Positions 1 to 7,321 of a DNA stretch of 13,212 nt are shown here, one piece after another (position 1 is the stretch's first letter; every line of letters begins with the position of its first letter). The notes beneath the pieces are model-generated. The model did no database searches, was not told where the DNA came from, and saw only the letters and a program-made list of their open reading frames with translations. The DNA is from a virus: positions 1 to 13,212 of IMG/VR virus record IMGVR_UViG_3300045988_057159, one strand, 5' to 3'. The translations under genes and the position numbers were made by a program.

Positions 1-403
1 GTGTACACACAGCATAGACAGTCATATGACCATGTACAAAAGGTGCAACGTATTTGTTACTGATATATGTTTCACATGAAACATCACATAGTTAGTCGCT
101 CCTAACGCATCCGGGCACGGTGTCCACGGCTCACGCACAAAACAGTGTAGTTGTTTTCGAACATTTGATAGTTTTTGACGAACAGAGCCGCCGGGTATAA
201 GTATAGCCCCGTAAAAATCGTTGCGTACAGGGCCGTCCAGTGCCTCACAGACCATTGTGTATATTGCACAAAACAGAGGGCGAATAATTGGGTAATTATT
301 GTGTAATATTAAAACTTGAAATCGGAAGGATGTGTGGTATAATATAATCACAAAGGGAGAGGAACTCCCGATAACACAATGAAAAGGACGGTAACAAAAA
401 TGA
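1..403. repeat. Left inverted terminal repeat (ITR-L), 403 bp
   Basis: Bases 1-403 are the exact reverse complement of 12810-13212, checked block by block. The first mismatch is at 404 (a, versus c in the right-end reverse complement). It begins with the palindrome GTGTACAC. Confidence 0.95.
316..343 (+). promoter_or_regulatory. Sigma-70/sigma-A type promoter inside ITR-L, pointing inward
   Basis: TTGAAA (316-321), a 16-nt spacer, then an extended -10 TGgTATAAT (335-343). It sits about 35 nt upstream of the 379 ATG. The leader contains the hairpin GGGAG-aggaa-CTCCC (355-369), which overlaps the purine-rich RBS. Confidence 0.7.
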
Positions 404-666
404 AGGCATTGAATCTGAAAAACATGAAGGAAACTTTGGTAAACTATTCCGGAAACCGAGAAGAATTTTCTGTAATATGGAATAAGTTTTATGATTTGGT
501 TTGCTTAGGTTTTATAAGCCGGGGAACATGGTATAAGTTTGCTAAACAGTGCAGTGGATGGTATTATGATGAATATAGCGATTGCATTCGGGACGAACGT
601 AATTGTCAAGACGGGGCTGATTGTATAGTGTGGAAATACACTCCGGACGCTGAATATCACGCATAA
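379..666 (+). CDS. Hypothetical early protein (95 aa), the only plus-strand gene
   Basis: ORF downstream of the ITR-L promoter and followed by a hairpin terminator. The first 8 codons (MKRTVTKM) lie inside the ITR and are shared with ORF 12598-12834. The true start could be the second ATG at 400. I do not recognise any family. Confidence 0.6.
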   Translation: MKRTVTKMKALNLKNMKETLVNYSGNREEFSVIWNKFYDLVCLGFISRGTWYKFAKQCSGWYYDEYSDCIRDERNCQDGADCIVWKYTPDAEYHA

Positions 667-674
667 TATAACAA

Positions 675-709
675 AGCCCCCGGTTCTCGCCGGGGGCTAT
701 TATTATTTT
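675..709. terminator. Bidirectional rho-independent terminator between convergent genes
   Basis: AGCCCCCGG (675-683), loop ttctcg, CCGGGGGCT (690-698). It is followed by attattatttt on the plus strand and by tttgttatatt on the minus strand. It lies between the stop codons at 664-666 (+) and 703-705 (-). Confidence 0.8.
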
Positions 710-1524
710 GTCCTGACGTAGATGTTAAAATTGAAATCGTTGGCATCTCCAGCCGAATTTCCAAAAACGACATTGGACCAACCAAACTTATCGGGCTCTG
801 TCACCGGCTGTCCATGGCTCCCGGCTCTCGCCCACGTGCCGCCGATTGTGCTTTGTAACCTGTTAATAACTGATTCATCGCTTTCTACAGGCATTTCTTG
901 ATTACGATAGTTTACATATATATAACCGACAGGATATATATTGGTCATAGCGGTTTTCATCATAGACGCTAGATAAGCTACCGCATCCTGTGCGTTTGTT
1001 GCCGCCACCTGTGCGCTCTGTGCGGATGTCTGTGCGGTAGTTGCTGCCGCCTGTGCGCTTGTTGCGGCCGTCTGTGCGGTAGTCGCCGCCGCCTGTGCGC
1101 TTGTTGCGTCCGTCTTTGCGGTAGTCGCCGACGCCTGTGCATCATCGGCAGACGCCTGTGCATCATCGGCAGACGTTTGTGCATCATTGGCAGACGTTTG
1201 TGCATTTGCCGCATTTGCTTCTGCGCCGATTGCGCTAGTTCGGGCATTTGCCGCACTTGCCTGTGCGCTGGTTGCGCTAGTCTGTGCACGTGCCGCACTT
1301 GCCTGTGCGCCGGTTGCGCTAGTCTGTGCACTTGCCGCACTTGCCTGTGCAGTAGTCGCCGCCGCCTGTGCATCCGTCAATGCCTTCTGGATACCGGCTC
1401 CCGGCTCCCTTACATAGGTCCATAACTCCGTGACTTTATCCACACAATTCTTTACCGCATCGAGAATCCAGTCAAGGTTAAGCTGGTGTGTGTCCGGGTA
1501 TGGAAAATGGTTAAAAAGTCCCAT
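703..1524 (-). CDS. Tail fibre / appendage (receptor-binding) protein with a central alanine-heptad coiled-coil stalk
   Basis: Last gene of the structural operon, with a perfect RBS AAGGAGGTG 6 nt upstream of the ATG. The N-terminus carries an LNLDWILDAVK-type motif. About 19 heptads of AQxSAxx follow. The C-terminal globular domain (IYPVGYIYV...GGTWA) resembles phage fibre tip domains. Confidence 0.75.
   Translation of the reverse strand: MGLFNHFPYPDTHQLNLDWILDAVKNCVDKVTELWTYVREPGAGIQKALTDAQAAATTAQASAASAQTSATGAQASAARAQTSATSAQASAANARTSAIGAEANAANAQTSANDAQTSADDAQASADDAQASATTAKTDATSAQAAATTAQTAATSAQAAATTAQTSAQSAQVAATNAQDAVAYLASMMKTAMTNIYPVGYIYVNYRNQEMPVESDESVINRLQSTIGGTWARAGSHGQPVTEPDKFGWSNVVFGNSAGDANDFNFNIYVRTK
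973..1371 (-). repeat. Imperfect 21-nt tandem repeat array (about 19 units) inside the fibre gene
   Basis: DNA units of the type gcctgtgcgcttgttgcggccgtct recur in register and encode AQxSAxx heptads. The array leaves several frames open on both strands, which explains the spurious ORFs in the track. Confidence 0.85.
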
Positions 1525-1537
1525 AAATTACACCTCC

Positions 1538-2176
1538 TTAGTACACCATTACGCAAAACCGGTGTTTGAAATCGTCTATAATATACGTCTCCAAATCGTT
1601 GCGGCGCATATCAAGTTCTTCCCTCATCATCTGCTGAGTAGTTGTTACACCGATATTACCATATAGGTGTGCCGTATGTTTTACACTTGTTTCTCTTGTT
1701 ACTGTATTGTCACTTTTGTTAGTGGCACTTGCTGTGCTGTTCGCCGTGTCCGTCCCGGCATTTTTTGTGCGGTTTTTGAAACTTTCTGTATTAAATGCAG
1801 TTTCGGATTCTGTGCTTTCGTTCGTTCCGTTCGCTGTGCTTTCGGTACTGCTTGTACTGTTGCTTGTTCCTGTTTCTTTTTCCGTGTTTGTGTCCGTGTA
1901 GTCCTCATTGCGGTCAAAGTTGTGAATGGGGTTATACTCAGCCGTCAATGCGGCTTCCACCCTCTGCCACTCCGGCAATCTGGTATTGCTCCACGCTTTC
2001 AGAATCCGCTTGAATACATCTGCATTAGGGTAAAGGGCTTCCAACTGCCCCAACTCGGACAGAATTTCATCTACAAATTCTGCTTTAGTCGCAGAAATGG
2101 AATCTGGTAAAGCAAAATCGTCGAAAATGGTGGAATCGTAGTTATACAGTCCCAGGTAACTTACCGTCGGGCGCAT
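1538..2176 (-). CDS. Putative lower collar / head-tail adaptor protein (212 aa from ATG 2176)
   Basis: It lies between the portal and fibre genes, as phi29 gene 11 does. GGAG sits just upstream of ATG 2176, and the gene overlaps the portal stop by 35 nt. It has a central S/T/N/E-rich low-complexity segment and a conserved-looking C-terminus, GNIGVTTTQQMMREELDMR. The function is assigned by synteny only. Confidence 0.5.
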   Translation of the reverse strand: MRPTVSYLGLYNYDSTIFDDFALPDSISATKAEFVDEILSELGQLEALYPNADVFKRILKAWSNTRLPEWQRVEAALTAEYNPIHNFDRNEDYTDTNTEKETGTSNSTSSTESTANGTNESTESETAFNTESFKNRTKNAGTDTANSTASATNKSDNTVTRETSVKHTAHLYGNIGVTTTQQMMREELDMRRNDLETYIIDDFKHRFCVMVY

Positions 2177-3119
2177 CCTGCTCCAGCACATCAGCAAATT
2201 CCTCCTTGTTCTCCCGCCAGTCCACGGAAATTTCGATACCAAACATCTGTTTGGTTTTATCGCAACTCTCTCTCCATCCCTCTAGCCAGCTATCAGCCAT
2301 GCAACGGGTTTCAAAATTGTTTATACCAATTTCACCACTTGCTGTCCGCTCCCGCTTGTTATAGTTGGCGTTAGGTATGCCCACGGTTGTACAGAACATA
2401 TTATCGATATTTAGCAACGCTTCGATAAGCCGGTCTGAAATGTAGTTCTGCCCCACGTTTTGCTCGAAGAACGGGGTGCTAAAGTCGCCATCATCCGTAA
2501 ACATGGACTTGTCTACCACCACGGCGGGGTCACCGCTTGCCACACGGTCAAAAGCCTTCTTAAAACTTTCGGCTGTTGCCTGATTTTTCGCCCCGAAAAC
2601 ATACGCCAGCCGGGAGTTAAACAGATTGACACCCATAGCCTGCGCCGCAAGGGCCATATAGTCCCCGTAAAAGCTGACCATGTCCATAATGCCGCCCCAG
2701 TCCCGGGTGCATTTGAAAACGGTGCATTGCTCATTGATAATAGGGGATTTGATACCCTGCAATAGCGGGTTGGCAATATAATACTGTCGGGGCTGATAGA
2801 ATACATTGTATCCAGACGGTTGTCCACCCTGCGGAATCACTCCGTACTTGTCAGTCTCGACAATCGCAACGGAACCCCCGATATAGAGAGAGTAAAGGAA
2901 ATAGTCCTTGCTCCAAAACTCCGGCATTTTCCACTCAAAAACGCTCATTGCCTTCTGGAGCAAATACCTACGGAAAAACGTTGCCGTAGCGGTGTTGGTT
3001 ACATGGACCCCGGACGGGGAAGTTTTTGCATCAATCACGTTTGAGTAATCGTAATAGTATGGTAAATTCAACTGTATCACCTCTTTGACATATACGGCTT
3101 GAATTTGAAAAGCATCCAT
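2142..3119 (-). CDS. Portal (upper collar / connector) protein, phi29 gp10-like
   Basis: Segments FFRRYLLQKAMSVFEWKMPE and VGIPNANYNKRERTASGEI...FGIEISVDWR parallel the phi29 gp10 blocks (..LFEWENLP.., LGIKNANLEKKERM.., ..LNVKVKFR) as I recall them. ATG 3119 has GGGGA 7 nt upstream and gives 325 aa. The ORF is open up to ATG 3218, but that start has no RBS. Confidence 0.75.
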   Translation of the reverse strand: MDAFQIQAVYVKEVIQLNLPYYYDYSNVIDAKTSPSGVHVTNTATATFFRRYLLQKAMSVFEWKMPEFWSKDYFLYSLYIGGSVAIVETDKYGVIPQGGQPSGYNVFYQPRQYYIANPLLQGIKSPIINEQCTVFKCTRDWGGIMDMVSFYGDYMALAAQAMGVNLFNSRLAYVFGAKNQATAESFKKAFDRVASGDPAVVVDKSMFTDDGDFSTPFFEQNVGQNYISDRLIEALLNIDNMFCTTVGIPNANYNKRERTASGEIGINNFETRCMADSWLEGWRESCDKTKQMFGIEISVDWRENKEEFADVLEQDAPDGKLPGTV

Positions 3120-3643
3120 GCCGGTATCCCCGTTGGCGTTGGCGTTGGAACCGGTCCGGGCGGGAAATCCGGGTGGTAGATAAACCCTTGAAATGCGTAG
3201 TTGCCGTTGATTAGCCATTGCGCCATATTAGTGGTTCCTACCGTGGTATTAGTCCAGAAATACCCCTCCATATCCGGGGGATAATCGGTTAACGGTCTAC
3301 GCCATGCGGATTGCGATATAAGCAATGTCCCGTCCGTGTTGACCCGCTCCACAACTGCCACATGCCCGGCCCCGCCGTCCAGGTCCTCATAACACGCAAC
3401 GGCACCAACCTGCGGAACCTGTCCGGTCCGGTATGCGCCACTCGCTAGGGCATCTGCCCACCACTCGCCGCCGTTGGAAGTTGGTAGGGCCGGGCGGCCC
3501 CCACCAATTTCCCAAAAACGGCCCCATGCATAGCACGTACAGTTTGGCAGACCATAACCGGACTGATAAAACACATTATCAGCATAGTATTTTGGATTCT
3601 GCCACATTCTGCCAGAATCCAGACGTGGTATAAATGTAGCCAT
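3077..3643 (-). CDS. CHAP-domain peptidoglycan hydrolase (probable virion/tail-associated lysin)
   Basis: The catalytic Cys context NCTCYAWGR and His context GHVAVVE are typical of CHAP domains. It is embedded in the tail module between the knob and the portal. Its start overlaps the knob stop (TAATG). The C-terminus has a Pro/Thr-rich linker, PPGPVPTPTPTG. Confidence 0.8.
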   Translation of the reverse strand: MATFIPRLDSGRMWQNPKYYADNVFYQSGYGLPNCTCYAWGRFWEIGGGRPALPTSNGGEWWADALASGAYRTGQVPQVGAVACYEDLDGGAGHVAVVERVNTDGTLLISQSAWRRPLTDYPPDMEGYFWTNTTVGTTNMAQWLINGNYAFQGFIYHPDFPPGPVPTPTPTGIPAWMLFKFKPYMSKR

Positions 3644-5070
3644 TAGTCTAAATACACCCCGCTTTGTAACTGTGCGATAATCGCTTGTTTTTCCTCCGGG
3701 AACATTCCGACACCATCTTCAGCGGCGAGTACAGTACCGCATTGTACATAACCTCCTACATGTGTCCTCAACTGTGAAAAACCTCCAAAAGGCAGGCCTA
3801 CCACCTTAGCCGAAGGGGCTTGAGAAGTGTAAAACCGGCTATGAAGCACGGGATTTTCTGCAAATCCTGCAACACTGCCGTTGGTTCCGCTGGTAGACGG
3901 GGCCGGGATTAGAGATTCAGCCGCATTTAGCACGCCATTTACGGCCCCTCCAATATCGAGAGAAAAACCGGAACCAACGGAAGATAGCACGTTTTTAGCG
4001 GCTCCGATATAGTCATTGACGATTTGCCCAATCTGTAACGGTACACCGATTTGCACACTACCGGCGGATATGTCAGTTGTTTCACCGTGTACCCCAATGG
4101 TATAGATTTTATAAGGCGATGCCCCGGTGCAAAAATCAATCAATACTTGCAATCGCAGTTTTGCGTTGTGATTGCAACTCATGTCCAGCGGGATTGTCCC
4201 AATAGGTGCCCAGTACAAATCCCGCAGTGTGAAGGGTGCTGTCTCGACAAACATACCCCTGTCGTTAAACTGAGGGTGTAACGGCATTGTACACTCAAAT
4301 TCAAACGTTCGAGTTGTTGTACCTATTCTGAATCCGGTAACGGTGAAATTCCACCATCCAAAAGGCATAGAGAAAGTTGAATTTGCGAACCCCTGCGGAA
4401 AAGTCGGGAACCACATACAACTGGTAATATATTGTAGCGGATTGAATAGGGCTTTGAACAAACTTTCGGATATATCTGTAATGCCGGAAAATGCCCAGTT
4501 AGGGGATTCCATCAGCTTTTTGCAAAATGCCCGGAAGTTGGTGTTGTCAAATGCGTAGTATGATACACACCCAACGCTATTTGCATCACTGTTGAGAATA
4601 CCGACTACATAATATCCGTCTTTGAGATTGTAGGCCATATTACCCGCCAATGTGGGTAATAATGTGGTGGTGGTCTGGTCCCCAATGGCCTGAACCGGTG
4701 TGATATAATCTGGAATGCTGGTTCTAGTTAAGGTAGAAGACCGATTGACATACGCATTAAATGTCAAAATTGTGTTACGATATGTAGCCAATACATCTAC
4801 ATCAAGATAGCATATCCACATACCGGAATCATACTCCCAACGGCGAACCCAGTAATACCGGGACGTTTCCGGGATGAATGCATAGTTGATATTCCGGGGT
4901 ATATATGAAGCACCGGCTTCGTTTGCTCCCAACCACAATTTCACTACGGGGTGCAATATGTCAAATGGTTCGACAAATTCACCTTCATATCTCCATGTGG
5001 ATTTCGCAAAATCTTTTACTTGTGTAGAATTGTACGGTTTTCCGGTAGTTTCGAACACCAAATTGACCAT
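3643..5070 (-). CDS. Tail knob / distal tube protein, phi29 gp9-like
   Basis: The N-terminal block INYAFIPETSRYYWVRRWEYDSGMWICYLDVDVLATY mirrors phi29 gp9 ASYIMFQNADYGNKWFYAFVTE...HFEIDVLQTW as I recall it. The C-terminal GYVQCG...EEKQAIIAQLQSGVYL mirrors NYVQTKD...NDLQEIRTIFDNGITLW. The RBS AAGGGGTG lies 5 nt upstream. Confidence 0.75.
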   Translation of the reverse strand: MVNLVFETTGKPYNSTQVKDFAKSTWRYEGEFVEPFDILHPVVKLWLGANEAGASYIPRNINYAFIPETSRYYWVRRWEYDSGMWICYLDVDVLATYRNTILTFNAYVNRSSTLTRTSIPDYITPVQAIGDQTTTTLLPTLAGNMAYNLKDGYYVVGILNSDANSVGCVSYYAFDNTNFRAFCKKLMESPNWAFSGITDISESLFKALFNPLQYITSCMWFPTFPQGFANSTFSMPFGWWNFTVTGFRIGTTTRTFEFECTMPLHPQFNDRGMFVETAPFTLRDLYWAPIGTIPLDMSCNHNAKLRLQVLIDFCTGASPYKIYTIGVHGETTDISAGSVQIGVPLQIGQIVNDYIGAAKNVLSSVGSGFSLDIGGAVNGVLNAAESLIPAPSTSGTNGSVAGFAENPVLHSRFYTSQAPSAKVVGLPFGGFSQLRTHVGGYVQCGTVLAAEDGVGMFPEEKQAIIAQLQSGVYLD

Positions 5071-5087
5071 ATAATCACCCCTTGTTT

Positions 5088-5111
5088 ATATGCCCCCATA
5101 AGGGGGCATAT
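5088..5111 (-). promoter_or_regulatory. Perfect 10-bp stem / 4-nt loop hairpin between the MCP and tail genes (possible attenuator or mRNA-stabilising element)
   Basis: ATATGCCCCC-ataa-GGGGGCATAT. It lies 6 nt after the MCP stop and about 17 nt before the tail knob ATG. There is no U-tract after it on the transcribed (minus) strand. Confidence 0.55.
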
Positions 5112-5116
5112 TTCGC

Positions 5117-6286
5117 TCAGTCCAGACACAAAACAATTCCGTTTTCGGTGAAATCGTTCATCCAACGAACAGTGTAATGGTCCCAACGGACACTGTAGCC
5201 GCCCCTTGCGTTAAGCGGGGTAGTGCCGCTCCACTCGTTGATAAGGCTTGCCCGAATTGCTTCCTCGTCAAAAATCACGCCGAAAACGTCGGCGGTGACA
5301 GCAGACGTTGCAGTGGTAATGGTGCCATCGGGGGCCAGATAGGACGGAGTAACCTTAACTGTTGCGGGACTGTCAATCGACTGCCAGAAACTGACCGGCT
5401 CAAAATCCACAACTTTGAGATAATCGTCGTTGTAGGTAGTGGACATCACCGTCGTGTCAATCATGTTCGCATCGTCGGACAGCAAATACACCTTCTGACG
5501 GTCAAGCGGGGTATGACGGGTAATGGGCTTTCCGGTTACATTGATATGGTATTTGACGGTCCGGTTCGTCATTTTCTCGGACAGCGTGCGGATGTAACCC
5601 AGCATCCAGCGGCAAAAATCCGTCCAGTTTTCGGGCTGTCTTACGGTTTCGGCGGTGAGGGTCTTTCCGGTAATTTCGTTGTACTTGGTAACAAGGTGGA
5701 TAACGTTGTCCGTATCCCCCTTGAGTTTGCCGCCGATAAAGTTCAGAACAGCCAGCCGTGCTTCCGTTTCTTTGTCCTGCTGAACCATATCGTCAAGATT
5801 CTGGTACAGCATCGCCCAGAATCGGCCAAGTTCGGCGGGGCTGGAAAAGGCCACATCCAACTGGTCCTTAAAAATAGGCAGGTCACGGGAGTAGGTGTTG
5901 CCGCCATAGAAATTCAGCTGAAGAATCTTGGGCTTGTGAATCTCATACATATCAACGGACTGATTGTCCGCCAGCGTGTACTCCACATTGTTCTCCGGGT
6001 CTTTGTCAACAACCTGTACTTTACGGGTGTAGCCGCCCCACTTCTGACTGTCCACATAGAGACCGCCAAACTTGCCCCGATAGGGCCGGATAGAAAAATA
6101 GGTGGTAGACAGTACCTGACTGATTGCGTTCAGCAGGTTGTCATAACCGCATTTCAGGGCAGTCGTGCCGACACTTGCAAAGTTTGCAGTGGTAATTTCA
6201 CCAACCGGTTCCGCTCCTCTGACCTGCTTCAGGGTTGCTTTTAACAGGGTAGATACCTGTTCAAAATTGAGTTCATTCTGTGCCAT
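5117..6286 (-). CDS. Major capsid protein (phi29 gp8-like, presumed HK97 fold)
   Basis: 389 aa, immediately downstream of a small scaffold-like gene, with RBS AAAGGAG. The N-terminal ITTANFASVGTTAL and C-terminal GGYSVRWDHYTVRW blocks parallel phi29 gp8 (ATANNVAEVGAGIL, GLYWNYYYHVWQ) as I recall it. Confidence 0.75.
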   Translation of the reverse strand: MAQNELNFEQVSTLLKATLKQVRGAEPVGEITTANFASVGTTALKCGYDNLLNAISQVLSTTYFSIRPYRGKFGGLYVDSQKWGGYTRKVQVVDKDPENNVEYTLADNQSVDMYEIHKPKILQLNFYGGNTYSRDLPIFKDQLDVAFSSPAELGRFWAMLYQNLDDMVQQDKETEARLAVLNFIGGKLKGDTDNVIHLVTKYNEITGKTLTAETVRQPENWTDFCRWMLGYIRTLSEKMTNRTVKYHINVTGKPITRHTPLDRQKVYLLSDDANMIDTTVMSTTYNDDYLKVVDFEPVSFWQSIDSPATVKVTPSYLAPDGTITTATSAVTADVFGVIFDEEAIRASLINEWSGTTPLNARGGYSVRWDHYTVRWMNDFTENGIVLCLD

Positions 6287-6302
6287 TGTTCATATGCTCC
6301 TT

Positions 6303-6650
6303 TCACTTCTTCCCCCGAGTTCTGCCGGGGTCCAGGATACTAGCGGCAACGTCTGCCGCCGTCATTTCGGTTTCGGTCTGCCGGGAGCCGTTAATCATGG
6401 CACCCTGTACTACTTTCATCATATCTTCAAACTGTTTATGAATGGCGGACATCATTTCCTCCATGGGGGACTTCTCAGGCTCCTGCTTCTGCTCCTGCTT
6501 CTGCTCCTGCTTCGGTTGGTCCTGCTTCGGGGGGTCCTGCTTCGTGGCTTCCTGCTTCGGGGTTTCATCCGTCAAAATGGGGGCCAGTGCTACAATTTGT
6601 TCAGCCGTGAAACCCGCATCTTTCAGGGCGGTAATCTGTTCGATTTTCAT
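6303..6650 (-). CDS. Scaffolding protein
   Basis: 115 aa, helical and charged, with a KQ(E/D) repeat tract (KQDPPKQDQPKQEQKQEQKQEPEK). It sits directly upstream of the MCP, as phi29 gene 7 does. Its start overlaps the amidase stop (ATGA), and the RBS is AAGGAGAG. Confidence 0.65.
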   Translation of the reverse strand: MKIEQITALKDAGFTAEQIVALAPILTDETPKQEATKQDPPKQDQPKQEQKQEQKQEPEKSPMEEMMSAIHKQFEDMMKVVQGAMINGSRQTETEMTAADVAASILDPGRTRGKK

Positions 6651-7318
6651 ACTTTTCTCTCCTTTTCGGTAATATATACGTCATAACCGGCATTTTTCAG
6701 TTTCGCCGCCAGTTTTTCGGCGTTCGTTTTGTTCTTAAATGCGCCCATCTGGACACAGTAAAGAACATCCTTGTCCGTTTCCTGTTTGGGGGGAACATAA
6801 TCAACACCGAACTCTGCGCAAATGCTTTCGGCAATGGCTTCGGCAATATCCACCCTCCGGGCCATGATAAAGGCCGCTCCAGCCGGTGTGTCGTGGAAGT
6901 CAACTTCAAACAGGACGGAAGTTGCCGCCATCATGCGGCACTCGTAAAAGGTCTTGTTCTGCTGTACACTGGACCAACGGTCGGACGGCTGACCGATTTT
7001 CTTCATCGCGTAGGCTAGAGTGTTCGCAAGGCTTTTTCCGGCTTCGTAGTAATAGGCCACACACCCACGGGCAACACCTGCTCCACCTGCATTGCTATGC
7101 AAGGCCAAATAATAATCATAGCCCAGCTTGTCACAATCGGCTGGTCTGCCGTCAATGCCCATCTCCGTATGATAGCAGATTTTATGCTTTACGCCACATC
7201 GGTCCAGAGCCTTTCCGACTTCTGCGGCTAACAACTCCATCTGCTCCATCTCGCTACCATAGGTACCACACCCGTAGTTACTGTTCTGGTCGGACGGACT
7301 GATATAGATACTCGGCAT
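6647..7318 (-). CDS. Endolysin: N-acetylmuramoyl-L-alanine amidase (Amidase_3 / MurNAc-LAA type) with a C-terminal SPOR domain
   Basis: IYISPSDQ..N, an E-rich helix, YYLALHSNAGG and LFEVDFHD blocks are typical of the MurNAc-LAA family. The C-terminus LYCVQMGAFKNKTNAEKLAAKLKNAGYDVYI matches the SPOR repeat pattern, giving the same architecture as B. subtilis CwlC. The RBS AAGGAGGG lies 7 nt upstream, directly after the holin. Confidence 0.85.
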   Translation of the reverse strand: MPSIYISPSDQNSNYGCGTYGSEMEQMELLAAEVGKALDRCGVKHKICYHTEMGIDGRPADCDKLGYDYYLALHSNAGGAGVARGCVAYYYEAGKSLANTLAYAMKKIGQPSDRWSSVQQNKTFYECRMMAATSVLFEVDFHDTPAGAAFIMARRVDIAEAIAESICAEFGVDYVPPKQETDKDVLYCVQMGAFKNKTNAEKLAAKLKNAGYDVYITEKERKV

Positions 7319-7321
7319 ATA

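Noticed and set aside
175-201. TTGACG-15 nt-TATAAG, a possible inward promoter in the ITR interior
   Set aside because: The spacer is only 15 nt and the -10 lacks the invariant final T. No ORF or obvious RNA follows it.
22-351. 109-aa ORF inside ITR-L on the minus strand, with its identical twin at 12862-13191 (+)
   Set aside because: It runs outward towards the genome end and has no RBS or promoter. It runs antisense through the inward promoter and ends about 20 nt from the terminus. Its composition looks like random non-coding translation. The duplicate is simply a consequence of the ITR.
978-1425. ORFs 978-1373 (-), 1177-1425 (+) and 1187-1417 (+), giving Arg/His/Cys/Ala-rich repetitive peptides
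   Set aside because: They are alternative-frame and antisense readings of the 21-nt tandem repeat in the fibre gene. The repeat periodicity keeps those frames open. None has an RBS.
1667-2110. Plus-strand ORFs (147, 64 and 72 aa) opposite the lower collar gene
   Set aside because: They are antisense to the low-complexity S/T/N-rich coding segment. They are Cys/Phe/Val-rich with no RBS.
3120-3218. Longer portal start at ATG 3218 (358 aa)
   Set aside because: There is no RBS within 15 nt. It would overlap the CHAP gene by 142 nt. ATG 3119 has GGGGA upstream and gives a phi29 gp10-like length. I keep it only as an alternative.
5177-6244. 355-aa ORF antisense to the major capsid gene
   Set aside because: It lies fully inside, and opposite to, a gene with clear capsid-like sequence and a good RBS. 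It has no RBS or promoter and has an R/G/V-rich antisense-type composition. Long antisense ORFs like this are a known artefact.
6165-6686. 173-aa plus-strand ORF containing a poly-Leu run
   Set aside because: It is antisense to the scaffold KQE repeat (CTG/CTT repeats read as Leu) and to the MCP start. It has no translation signals.
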